Shown in pieces: positions 26,501 through 33,777 of a stretch of 43,644 nt of DNA. The notes beneath the pieces were generated by a model that ran no database searches, was not told where the DNA came from, and saw nothing but the letters and a program-made list of their open reading frames with translations. The position numbers and the translations under genes are program-made. Every line of letters starts with the position of its first letter. Within the stretch, counting starts at the first letter, position 1. Source of the stretch: a virus; IMG/VR virus record IMGVR_UViG_3300034069_000381, positions 1 to 43,644 of that record. One strand, 5' to 3'.

Positions 26501-26639
26501 TATGGCGGGGGATCATCCCCATTTCCGTTAAACGACGAACTCGAAAATCTGTCACTGTGCCGGCATCGATCGCCGCCGCAACCTCCTTGGCAAGCAAGGG
26601 GTACATGCCGAGTTCTGCGAGACGACGGAAATTTGCCAT
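23511..26639 (-). CDS. Large fibre/spike-like protein (1042 aa)
   Basis: Gly/Thr/Ser/Asn/Ala-rich. The N-terminal 85 aa is a three-fold E(L/M)G(M/L)xP repeat module. Two internal copies of a TISG...G.GI..GT.I...G..G.Y.I module are visible. Confidence 0.68.
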   Translation of the reverse strand: MANFRRLAELGMYPLLAKEVAAAIDAGTVTDFRVRRLTEMGMIPRHIRELRTQLATPALRIAKRWTELGLAPRLAVELVAQAGGRVVGPAGELLPAFFAVNGVIPQWTDPNSGINPVAPPKLFAPSEAGFTTGYPQVSIGSSNFAPNISKVIDALYDGRTQVRPDPTNINSYLPAGNNFEFGEAVFPRAYTFKGGRNTVLRNVNIGSYKQTFDKAGGRFLIEAFVFNGNVPGDVIFANDEGSVFTASIASNGNGTSTMTISGMASGSPSIVAGARIRDGAATGAIIQPFGTAGTTGTGTSGTYIINGEYTQASTSGIRAYSDNRGSYQAQGGIALDLRGANRNTFVIAGDGTSGYNNQTISSISMTGSNQVTIVLSGAFAGFQPASGSSISIWGVTTSGAGSPAPHNEGFNQSATVVSYNAGTNTIVANLDSFARNKPASGVTGSGGTVNARSLVNGEHADPWQGSGFLTKIGMYMMTIRGNYNQTMIGSTGLGSPDYPMEAFNIDGAFDETLNPQDDSTEGGRWGTTAIQASPRTLYNVFVAPRAGQTLNFFPTPADGGIATTALVNGVPVPAQTWDKTLRPNFFGLVYASTSPYRFGRMGMSSDHNGINAVVKGYSEDRIPIAADIGAVAFTDASGAVQTAINLVNSLEDNALIGVLDAVLTGLPPGSYVTDLFVSGGAGLSKRFRSISRELRRGSAMLPLGSFPNGLNAIIELRCIMKVTISGTTMTVIDNFYGRLEDGAEIMGPGITPGTTVISGAATNLGRAGDYQISNTHTIAAPITIRARSTVRQTVAFNVNVTQGTFAAFSGAFTRTFEGNVAATNTSGNTWTAVQALTAAPATDRVVVARIASKSSVSRGSSPTVTIGGIAATRICGVEANSAGSGWAQHCVYQALVPTGTVGDVTVNYGGTMQAVGAAVDSIVGGLRSAATGLLMVVDSATATAGLNVGASLQVNQAAGGVTLAGMYFSSAASNGRAEHWAGSVTGTSAADNVTVSTVIGGTTAAPTVTPTGAAGDTTAIRELGTSLTGATAMCAASFSPHI

Positions 26640-26649
26640 TCTGGTTCCT

Positions 26650-26901
26650 TTACGCCGTCATCTGCGCGACAAGTTCGCGGGCAAGACTGGGCGCAAGACC
26701 CAACTCTACCCATCGCTTAGCGTTCTTCACGCCGGCAAGCTGTGCCCGCAATTCACGGATGTGGCGCGGCACCATGCCGGTTTCCGACAAACGGCGAAGA
26801 GACGTGGCGGATACAGTACCCGCCGTGATGCTGGTAGCCACCTCTTTTGCAAGAGATGAAGGCATGCCCAACTCAACTAGGCGGCGTATATTGGCGGGCA
26901 T
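26650..26901 (-). CDS. Stand-alone paralogue of the N-terminal module of the 1042-aa protein (83 aa)
   Basis: Hand alignment to residues 2-83 of the 1042-aa protein gives about two thirds identity. ATG 26901 lies after GGGAGGG. Confidence 0.65.
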   Translation of the reverse strand: MPANIRRLVELGMPSSLAKEVATSITAGTVSATSLRRLSETGMVPRHIRELRAQLAGVKNAKRWVELGLAPSLARELVAQMTA

Positions 26902-26902
26902 A

Positions 26903-27079
26903 TCAGCCCTCCCTACATACAACATCGGGCCAGCCAGCAGCTTGCCGAATAGCCTGATATGTGTCGTAAGGCAGGCCGATCAGATCACCGCCAAGCAGGC
27001 CAATTTCAATCGAACGTGGCGATGTCGTCGTGATGCACACGATGCTGACAATCGGGATGCCATAGAAATAATAGGTCAT
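26903..27079 (-). CDS. Small membrane protein (58 aa)
   Basis: ATG 27079 directly follows the upstream TAA. Hand translation starts MTYYFYGIPIVSIVCITT... Below the ORF-track cutoff. Confidence 0.45.
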   Translation of the reverse strand: MTYYFYGIPIVSIVCITTTSPRSIEIGLLGGDLIGLPYDTYQAIRQAAGWPDVVCREG

Positions 27080-27607
27080 TTACCCAGCCCTCCAGCCCGA
27101 ACCCGGCACATAAGTCATCGTGCGGCTCGATCCGCTGAGCAGCGGTATCGCACCGCCGCCTACAAGGCCACCAAGATTGATGCCAAACAGCCCGAGCAAG
27201 CCGTTGGCGATCACCGTAAAGCTGGCACCAGGCCACACATTTGCCGTGGAAGGCGTAGCCGTAACATTGCCCGTAAGCGTGCCGGTGAAGATCAGCGTCG
27301 GCGGCGTCAGAAGCGGCGTTAAGGAGACAGCGCCACCAGTGGCAGTGGACGCCCCCGAAAAATCCGTGCGCTGCGGGCGCCAGTAAAACTGCCCGCCAGA
27401 GGATTCGCAAATCATGACCGAGTGCGCGCTGCCGTATAGGTCACTCACGCGAGCATATTTGAACACCATTGACGCATCGGCTGGATAGTTCGCCAGAAGC
27501 TGCGCTACGGTCATCTCGCCACCACCGTTGACAAACCCGCTAGGCTGCGCGTTGATAAGCGCTTGCACGTCGGCAGCTGAAAGGCCGGAACTGTTTATCT
27601 CTGGCAT
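27080..27607 (-). CDS. Hypothetical Gly/Thr-rich protein (175 aa)
   Basis: Long ORF with a one-nt overlap with the upstream gene. Confidence 0.55.
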   Translation of the reverse strand: MPEINSSGLSAADVQALINAQPSGFVNGGGEMTVAQLLANYPADASMVFKYARVSDLYGSAHSVMICESSGGQFYWRPQRTDFSGASTATGGAVSLTPLLTPPTLIFTGTLTGNVTATPSTANVWPGASFTVIANGLLGLFGINLGGLVGGGAIPLLSGSSRTMTYVPGSGWRAG

Positions 27608-28077
27608 TATGCAACACTCCCACGCATGTGCAAAGCCAGCGCGGCTGGCACAGTGTAGGTCGTTGTGCTGGTAGAAAACAGCAAAACGATGCCATTTGAG
27701 AACCGATCAGGAATGATGTTGCCGCCGATGCTTGCAAAGCCATTCGCGACCACGGGAACGACGTACAGAACTTGTGCCGCCGTCAAGGCTGCACCACTGG
27801 CCGGGATAGTGGCTGCATTGTACGCGATCAGAAATCCAGCAGTTGTGCTGGCAACCATTGAAGCACCATACAAATTACCGGCCGACGCCTTCGGCTGGAT
27901 GGCGCTAACACCGCTGCCCACAACGGGGGTTATAGAGTTAGACGCAGCCGCCGATGGCGCTTGTGTAGATGCGGACTGAACAACAAGCGGATTGGTCGTC
28001 GTGCCAGCAGAGCCGCCCGTAGCGTTGCCCGCGCTACCCCCGACAATTGTTACAGGCGCTCCACCGGGATAAGCCAT
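27607..28077 (-). CDS. Hypothetical Ala/Ser/Gly-rich protein (156 aa)
   Basis: ATG 28077 shares one nt with the portal stop. The track's extra first residue is a TTG codon. Confidence 0.55.
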   Translation of the reverse strand: MAYPGGAPVTIVGGSAGNATGGSAGTTTNPLVVQSASTQAPSAAASNSITPVVGSGVSAIQPKASAGNLYGASMVASTTAGFLIAYNAATIPASGAALTAAQVLYVVPVVANGFASIGGNIIPDRFSNGIVLLFSTSTTTYTVPAALALHMRGSVA

Positions 28078-30470
28078 CAATCCGTTCCTTGCTCGCGCAT
28101 CTCAAACTCACGGTCCGTAGACCGCTCAGCAAGGTCTTGACCGCGATCGGCCCTTTCCTCGCCACGTTCGGCACGAGCATGTTCCCTTTCGGAACCGACT
28201 GCCTGCATCTGCTGGTCTACCACACGCGCCTGCTCGTTGGAAGCGGCTGTGTATTCGTCCAGATCCTGCTTACGGATATCAAGGCCCAGCTTTTCCAGCA
28301 TGACCGCGATTTCGGCGCGGATTTTGTCCACGTCCGCCTCGCGCTTGGCGTTTTCGCCGGCCTGCTTGTCAGCGGTTGCCACCATCTGCGCCTGGAGCTT
28401 ACCAATCTCGATTTCGTACTTACGCTCGCTTTCGGCAGCCTTCTGCTGCATCTCAACCATCTTTCTCTGGCCGTCGGCCTGCGCCAGTTCGGACTTCGAC
28501 TGCACCGCCGCCATCGCGGCCTGCGCCTTCATCTGTTCGGCCTCGGCCAGCGTCTTGTTGGCCTCCGCCAGCCCCGCCGCGTCATCACCCTCACCCTGTG
28601 CCGCAGCCATCTTCGCTGCGATCTCGGGCGCCTGCTCGATCAGCTCATCAATCTGCGACTGAATGGCGCGGTTGCCGCCCGTGTACGGCTGAAGCGTGAA
28701 GTTCACCAGCGCACCGAACAGCTTGATGCCCTGCTCACCCATCGCCGCAAATTGCGGCAGCGCCCCGAACGAGCCGGTGACAGCTTGGAACATCTCGGAG
28801 CGGGACTGCTTCTCCATCGCCTCGTCAACCATGACGGTGCTGTCGGTTTCGATGTCGATAATCAGCGCCCGGTCGCGACGATCCTTGATGATCGCCATCA
28901 CGTCCTCGATCACCACCGTGTTTGACAGCTCCTGCAAGCGCGGCGCCCACTTCTCCGCGATCTGCTGCTGGCCTTGCTGGAGCGCCTGCTGCGCCTGTGC
29001 TGGATCAATCTGCTGCCCGCCGCCAAGGGCTTCCTTAGCCTTCTCCCCCAGCGCCTTCATTTCCTCCTGCGCTGCCTTCTTGATGGCCGCAATGTCGCGT
29101 TCCACGTCGCTCTTGGACGGGATGACCATCTGGGATACTTCCAGCAGCGTGTCCTTGTCGAACTTGTCGCAGATAACCTCAACTGCCACGCGCGCCGCGT
29201 CCCGCGCCAGCCGGATCACCTCTTCCGTTTTGTCCTTGACGCGCACCGAGCCATACTGCGTCTTGATCCGCTGCGCCCCAAGCGTCTCATCCGCCTCTGT
29301 CTCACCGCGCATGATGTCGGATATGCCGGACAGCCGATCGAAATCCGCAAACAACTGGGTACGAGCCGAGATAAGCCCGGTGATGGTATTGGCGAGCATG
29401 TCCAGCGGTATCCACTGCACATATTCACCGCCACCCGCCATCAGCGACGCACCTGGAACGGGGATGAGGATCATGTCATCAGCGGACGACATAGCGGTTT
29501 GCAGGGCATCGCCTACATCGCCGCCGGAGGGCATGAGGCCGCGCAACTTGACCTGCTTCAACAGCCCGTAGATCCGCGCGGTGAGTTCGTTGATCTGCTC
29601 AAGGTGAACCTCATACCGGATATAATCCGGCACCGGGCTCAGGGTACGGCGGCGCAACGTGCCATATGCCGGACGCGGGCTGGGGTAGAAGTCGCGCAGA
29701 TCAAGGTGCGGCTCGCCCTCATCTAGAACGATGTCGCAGCCTTCGCTCACCCAATATACGCGATTATCGGCCTTGCTCCAGACCTCCCAGACGGGCGCCT
29801 TGGCGCTGTCATCCTTGAAATCGTCGTCGCGACTGTCACGCGTAACGAAGCTGGCACGGGTATATTCATCGCCGCTGTGCTTCTGGAACCGATCGCGCAT
29901 CTGGCGCTCGGTCATCCACGCGCATCGCGCCTGCCACCCAAGCTCCGGCCAGTACCGCACAGGCTCATGACGATAATCCAGACGGTCAACATGATCGACG
30001 CATACGGATTTGCGGCCGTCCTTAGCCTCGTACGTCACCCACAGCACGCCGCGATTAAGCAGCGCCAGATCGTCGCGCACCTCGCGCATATGCATGTCGA
30101 TGCCCGAGCGCTCGAACTCGGAGTTAACGACGCGCTCAATCAGTTCGGCCACAACCTTGTCGGCCGGCGTGGCATCGGAGAAGCGCGGCTTGGCGACAAC
30201 CTGTGGCGGCTTGGCATAGATGGCAGGTTTAAGCACCTCCATCGACGCCCAAAACGTGTCATACTCCTGATCGCCCAGCCCTATCTCTGCGGAGACGGCA
30301 CCGTTGGTCTGGCGCGCGGAATAGATGCTATCGATCCGCTTGCACAGCTCGTTATAGCCCCGAAACTCACGCTCGGCATGATCCAGCGCCTCAAGGATAA
30401 CCTTGGATGACCGTGGCTTGCCGGGCTCTTCGAGGGTGTCGGCGGGCTGGCGGGTTTCGTTATCCTGCAT
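28077..30470 (-). CDS. Portal protein (797 aa) with long helical C-terminal extension
   Basis: Size and position after the large terminase. The C-terminal ~190 aa is Glu/Ala/Gln/Lys/Arg-rich and coiled-coil-like. Confidence 0.8.
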   Translation of the reverse strand: MQDNETRQPADTLEEPGKPRSSKVILEALDHAEREFRGYNELCKRIDSIYSARQTNGAVSAEIGLGDQEYDTFWASMEVLKPAIYAKPPQVVAKPRFSDATPADKVVAELIERVVNSEFERSGIDMHMREVRDDLALLNRGVLWVTYEAKDGRKSVCVDHVDRLDYRHEPVRYWPELGWQARCAWMTERQMRDRFQKHSGDEYTRASFVTRDSRDDDFKDDSAKAPVWEVWSKADNRVYWVSEGCDIVLDEGEPHLDLRDFYPSPRPAYGTLRRRTLSPVPDYIRYEVHLEQINELTARIYGLLKQVKLRGLMPSGGDVGDALQTAMSSADDMILIPVPGASLMAGGGEYVQWIPLDMLANTITGLISARTQLFADFDRLSGISDIMRGETEADETLGAQRIKTQYGSVRVKDKTEEVIRLARDAARVAVEVICDKFDKDTLLEVSQMVIPSKSDVERDIAAIKKAAQEEMKALGEKAKEALGGGQQIDPAQAQQALQQGQQQIAEKWAPRLQELSNTVVIEDVMAIIKDRRDRALIIDIETDSTVMVDEAMEKQSRSEMFQAVTGSFGALPQFAAMGEQGIKLFGALVNFTLQPYTGGNRAIQSQIDELIEQAPEIAAKMAAAQGEGDDAAGLAEANKTLAEAEQMKAQAAMAAVQSKSELAQADGQRKMVEMQQKAAESERKYEIEIGKLQAQMVATADKQAGENAKREADVDKIRAEIAVMLEKLGLDIRKQDLDEYTAASNEQARVVDQQMQAVGSEREHARAERGEERADRGQDLAERSTDREFEMREQGTD

Positions 30471-30720
30471 TGAAAGATGCCAAAATTACCCCAGGTTCAG
30501 TCCCTTCGATGGCATCGCCTATTATCTTGCAGTTCACCTTGTCAGGCGAACTCGCCCAAGTTCTATAGTAACTAGATACCCATGGATCTTTTGGAGCATA
30601 ATCACCGATCTGTGAGGGATGTATGGCCTTAGCTAATACTTCATTCTCAGCCGCTACAACCACGCTGTCATAGGTGTCATACCCGTCATTTTCGTCCTGA
30701 CTGAGAAGCCAAAGTTTCAC
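30460..30720 (-). CDS. Low-GC hypothetical protein (86 aa) between terminase and portal
   Basis: GTG 30720 overlaps the TerL stop (GTGA). Hand count is about 46% GC. Contains the motif DENDGYDTYDSVVVAAENEVLAKAIHP. Confidence 0.6.
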   Translation of the reverse strand: MKLWLLSQDENDGYDTYDSVVVAAENEVLAKAIHPSQIGDYAPKDPWVSSYYRTWASSPDKVNCKIIGDAIEGTEPGVILASFNAG

Positions 30721-32102
30721 CGCCGACGCCCTTCCATGATAGCCGGAGCGCGCAGGCCGCCGATCATGGGACGACCAAAGGCGTGAGGCGCGGGTTTCAT
30801 GACTGGCTTGTATTCCTTTTGCCACGAAGAGGCAAGGTAGCGGAAGGCGTCGCTCAGATGGGACGACCAGTCGTGCACCTCGGACGCCTTGAACGTCTTC
30901 TTTTCATCGTCCCACTCCCGACGATACTGCTCCAGAGCAGCTATGCCCTCAGCCTCACAGCGCGGGTGGAAGACACAACGAGGCAGCGTCTGCCGCACGG
31001 CGTTGATGCCGTCTAGCTTGCCCGACAGCGCCACCACCTCGGGGTTGAGTTCGAGGTCTATCATCGTCTCGACGCGCGTGCGCCCCGTGCCCCATTCCTT
31101 CACCCGCGCGTCATGCGGCACGTAATCCTTGCCCGGCACCCAGCCATATTCCGATGTCTTGCGGTGAACGATCTGCGCGTAATGGTCCACGCCCACGCCC
31201 GACTGCGAATAGCAATCCATAACGAAGATCTGCGTGCCCACCACCTGAAACCACCAGATGGACGTATCATCCCGCACGCCGATGTCCCACGCCCTGTGGA
31301 CCGGTATGCCAGGCACCGCGTCAATCTCGCAGATGCGCCCCTCGGAGCGCACGGCGGTCATTTCGCGGGCGTAGAACGCGCCTAGGATGGCGGCGTTGAA
31401 GCTGCATAGATATTCCTGCTCGAACTGCGCCGTGCCGATGTCTTCACCGTACAGCGCCACATACTCCCGTAGGCTCTCGTCAAGCTGCGAGGGTGACAGA
31501 GCGCCAGTCTTGTGTACGTCGGATATCTCCGCGAACCAGCGCCCACCCGCCGCCATGTCTGCCGCTGCCATGTCGTGCAGGCTCTTGGCGTGATTGCGTC
31601 CGCGCGGCGTGGTGATAAACGTCGCCCAGCCGTTATTTTCCTCGATCATGGGGCGGATATATCCCCACGCCGATGGGTTAGCCAAAGCGAACTCCGAGAA
31701 CGTTACGCCGGCGACACCGGCGCCCACTAGGCTATCGTAGCGATCGGATGCCACCACCTGCCACGTCGCGCCATTCTTGAACCGGATGAACATCTCATCA
31801 TCGACAGTATTGGCGCGCAGTTCATGGGGGAACGCCTCATCGATGCGGCGCTTGCCTGTGTGGGGGTTCACAGCACTCCAGATGGCCTTGCGGGCCTGCG
31901 TCTGAAGAGGCAGCATATGCCAGTAGCTGGCGGGTCTTTCATGCGCCGCTATGGCCGTGCGGTGGAGAATGAGGTCATCCTTGCCCCAGCGACGATGGGC
32001 TATCTCGATCGCCCGCTTGCCGCCCTTCTCCAGATAATCCCACAACGGGCGCTGGTATGGCCGTGGCCGCCAACCACTATGGGGCAGGGTGATTTGCGTC
32101 AT
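30717..32102 (-). CDS. terL: Terminase large subunit (461 aa)
   Basis: N-terminal ATPase with RRWGKDD (Walker A-like) and a C-terminal nuclease block HDWSSHLSDAFRYLA typical of TerL. Confidence 0.9.
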   Translation of the reverse strand: MTQITLPHSGWRPRPYQRPLWDYLEKGGKRAIEIAHRRWGKDDLILHRTAIAAHERPASYWHMLPLQTQARKAIWSAVNPHTGKRRIDEAFPHELRANTVDDEMFIRFKNGATWQVVASDRYDSLVGAGVAGVTFSEFALANPSAWGYIRPMIEENNGWATFITTPRGRNHAKSLHDMAAADMAAGGRWFAEISDVHKTGALSPSQLDESLREYVALYGEDIGTAQFEQEYLCSFNAAILGAFYAREMTAVRSEGRICEIDAVPGIPVHRAWDIGVRDDTSIWWFQVVGTQIFVMDCYSQSGVGVDHYAQIVHRKTSEYGWVPGKDYVPHDARVKEWGTGRTRVETMIDLELNPEVVALSGKLDGINAVRQTLPRCVFHPRCEAEGIAALEQYRREWDDEKKTFKASEVHDWSSHLSDAFRYLASSWQKEYKPVMKPAPHAFGRPMIGGLRAPAIMEGRRR

Positions 32103-32431
32103 TCTTCGCCGGTGAAACGAAGGATCGCGACCTTGATAGGCTCACCATTATCGCCACCAGTTACCTGCATCGGCAGCACCTTGCCCACCAGCGTCATGAA
32201 CGGGCCGGGGTTCTCTTCCGCCTGCGCCGCCAGATAGTCCACACCGCCAGCCTTATCCAAGGCCTTGAGGATCATGTCTTTCAGTAGCGCGGTGTTCTTG
32301 TTGGGCACGCCTTTGGAGCGGCCTTTGCCGGCATTGGCCAGCATTTCTGGCGACAACTTCACGGTATTTTGTCGAGGACCGCTCACCGCCGCCCCCAGAT
32401 CCAACCCGCCAGCAACCGCCCATGCGTCCAC
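32099..32431 (-). CDS. Putative terminase small subunit (95-110 aa)
   Basis: ATGA overlap with terL, small size and a basic GKGRSKGVPNKN motif. The start is uncertain (ATG 32431 or GTG 32386). Confidence 0.5.
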   Translation of the reverse strand: MDAWAVAGGLDLGAAVSGPRQNTVKLSPEMLANAGKGRSKGVPNKNTALLKDMILKALDKAGGVDYLAAQAEENPGPFMTLVGKVLPMQVTGGDNGEPIKVAILRFTGEE

Positions 32432-32509
32432 CCGAAGCCACGGGCGAAGGATCGGAAGATGGTCTCGATGTAGGTCATGGGATCATCCTAGCGGGTTTTG
32501 GGGATGGGC

Positions 32510-32674
32510 TCAATGGTCTAGTGTAAGGTCAATCAGCCGCTCACGACGCTCACGCCTGTCCCGCTCGTTCCATTCGATCTCCGATCTGCTGTGTGGCCCG
32601 GTTATCACAACCATTACGATTGCGAATAGAACCAAGCCGACACCTGCCGCCAAGCCAATCAAGGTCTCAATCAT
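32510..32674 (-). CDS. Small membrane protein (54 aa)
   Basis: ATG 32674 lies after GGAAGGAGAA. One TM helix (LIGLAAGVGLVLFAIVMVVI) and an Arg/Glu-rich tail. Confidence 0.5.
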   Translation of the reverse strand: MIETLIGLAAGVGLVLFAIVMVVITGPHSRSEIEWNERDRRERRERLIDLTLDH

Positions 32675-32758
32675 GGCACTTCTCCTTCCGCGCACTTAAC
32701 CCAAACCGGTGGGCTCAATGGGGTTGGCCTCATCGTCATAAGAGCTAAGCTTGCCCGA

Positions 32759-32770
32759 ATTGATATCAAT
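32759..32770. repeat. 12-bp perfect AT-rich palindrome ATTGATATCAAT
   Basis: Self-complementary when read by eye. It lies in a 129-bp gap (32675-32803) in the leftward gene chain, upstream of the small-ORF and terminase genes. Confidence 0.9.
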
Positions 32771-32803
32771 CATCAAAATCCGCGCAGGACTTAGCGCACG
32801 AAG

Positions 32804-32905
32804 CTAGGCCAGTTTATCGAACCAAGGCTGGCATTCCTGCCTGGCCCGGTGTTGGATTTGCTCAATCTTTTCGATCAGCATCCGCTCAAGCTTTTCACTG
32901 TCCAT
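32804..32905 (-). CDS. Micro-ORF (33 aa)
   Basis: ATG 32905 lies after AAGGAGG. Hand translation: MDSEKLERMLIEKIEQIQHRARQECQPWFDKLA. Confidence 0.4.
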   Translation of the reverse strand: MDSEKLERMLIEKIEQIQHRARQECQPWFDKLA

Positions 32906-33059
32906 CGCAAGCCTCCTTATCAGTTTTAGCCCGCCGCTTCCTCACGCTTTCCTGGTCCATCTTACGCTGGCACGTCCTGCACCGTGGCGCGCTGCGCCCA
33001 GATTGTGACTTGAGGTTGTCCGGGGTGCGAGTGTGGCCGCAGGGGAAGGTTGGGGTCAT
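32895..33059 (-). CDS. Stand-alone Cys/His ribbon protein (54 aa)
   Basis: Hand translation: MTPTFPCGHTRTPDNLKSQSGRSAPRCRTCQRKMDQESVRKRRAKTDKEACDGQ. The C-G-H ... D-N ... C-R-x-C pattern matches the C-termini of both HNH proteins. ATGA overlap upstream. Confidence 0.5.
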   Translation of the reverse strand: MTPTFPCGHTRTPDNLKSQSGRSAPRCRTCQRKMDQESVRKRRAKTDKEACDGQ

Positions 33060-33220
33060 GCCGCTTCATCGCTCCAATGAGCCTTACGTCCAGCGATGTG
33101 CGCGCCATAGGCAAGGTTCATTTTTTCCGCTGCGCGAGATGCGGCAGCACCTGTCTTGTAAGAGGTGGTCTTGCCACTGATGCGATTGAAAACCGTGTAG
33201 TGGGTGATAACCGCGTCCAT
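33056..33220 (-). CDS. Hypothetical protein (54 aa)
   Basis: ATG 33220 lies after GGGAGA. The longer ORF reaches 33256. Confidence 0.45.
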   Translation of the reverse strand: MDAVITHYTVFNRISGKTTSYKTGAAASRAAEKMNLAYGAHIAGRKAHWSDEAA

Positions 33221-33295
33221 CTCAAATCTCCCTGTCCGATGCACCCTACCTAGCACCGGCTGGATGGGTTGTCGAGCACAATAGTGGGGTGTGGC

Positions 33296-33766
33296 CTAGA
33301 AAGGCACATCATCATCCAGACCTGCATGAGCAGATCGCATCTCGCCCATCGCTTGAGCGCCTGTGCGCTGATCTATGACAGAATTCGCGCTACCTGATAA
33401 CGGCCGCTCCCCCTGCGGCTTGTCCAGCAGCGTCAGCGAGCCATCAAAGCCTTGCAGCACAACCTCAGTCGAATAACGCTCCGCCCCGCTGGTGTCCTGC
33501 CACTTCCGGGTTTGCAGCTTGCCCTCGATATAGACCTTGCTGCCCTTGCGCAGATATTGCTCAGCGATTCGTCCCAATGGCTCGCTGAAGATTGCCACGC
33601 TCACCCACTCGGTCTTTTCCTTGCGCTCGCCCGTCGCCTTGTCCTTCCAACTTTCGGAACATGCCAGCCTTAGGTTCACGACCTTACCGCCATTCTGGAA
33701 CGATCGGCTTTCGGGATCACGCCCCAGGTTCCCGATGAGAATTACCTTGTTCACGCTGCTCGACAT
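33296..33766 (-). CDS. ssb: Single-stranded DNA-binding protein (156 aa)
   Basis: OB-fold block [15 protein letters not shown]...TEWVSVAIF...[19 protein letters not shown] and an acidic tail DDDVPF. ATG 33766 lies 7 nt after AAGGAGG. Confidence 0.92.
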   Translation of the reverse strand: MSSSVNKVILIGNLGRDPESRSFQNGGKVVNLRLACSESWKDKATGERKEKTEWVSVAIFSEPLGRIAEQYLRKGSKVYIEGKLQTRKWQDTSGAERYSTEVVLQGFDGSLTLLDKPQGERPLSGSANSVIDQRTGAQAMGEMRSAHAGLDDDVPF

Positions 33767-33777
33767 ATTGGCCTCCT

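Noticed and set aside
26385-26901. Diversity-generating retroelement (template/variable repeat pair)
   Set aside because: The two homologous segments differ at all base types, not mainly at adenines. They encode N-terminal rather than C-terminal ligand-binding regions. No reverse transcriptase exists anywhere in the closed genome.
28047-29726. Several 250-290-aa plus-strand ORFs (28047..28925, 28696..29571, 28974..29726)
   Set aside because: All are antisense to the portal gene and mutually overlapping in different frames. Their composition is repetitive Ser/Ala/Leu/Arg.
32383-32478. 31-aa ORF upstream of or overlapping the 5' end of the TerS-like ORF
   Set aside because: It is only compatible with the shorter GTG 32386 start of TerS. 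Its RBS is weak. I cannot decide without homologues.
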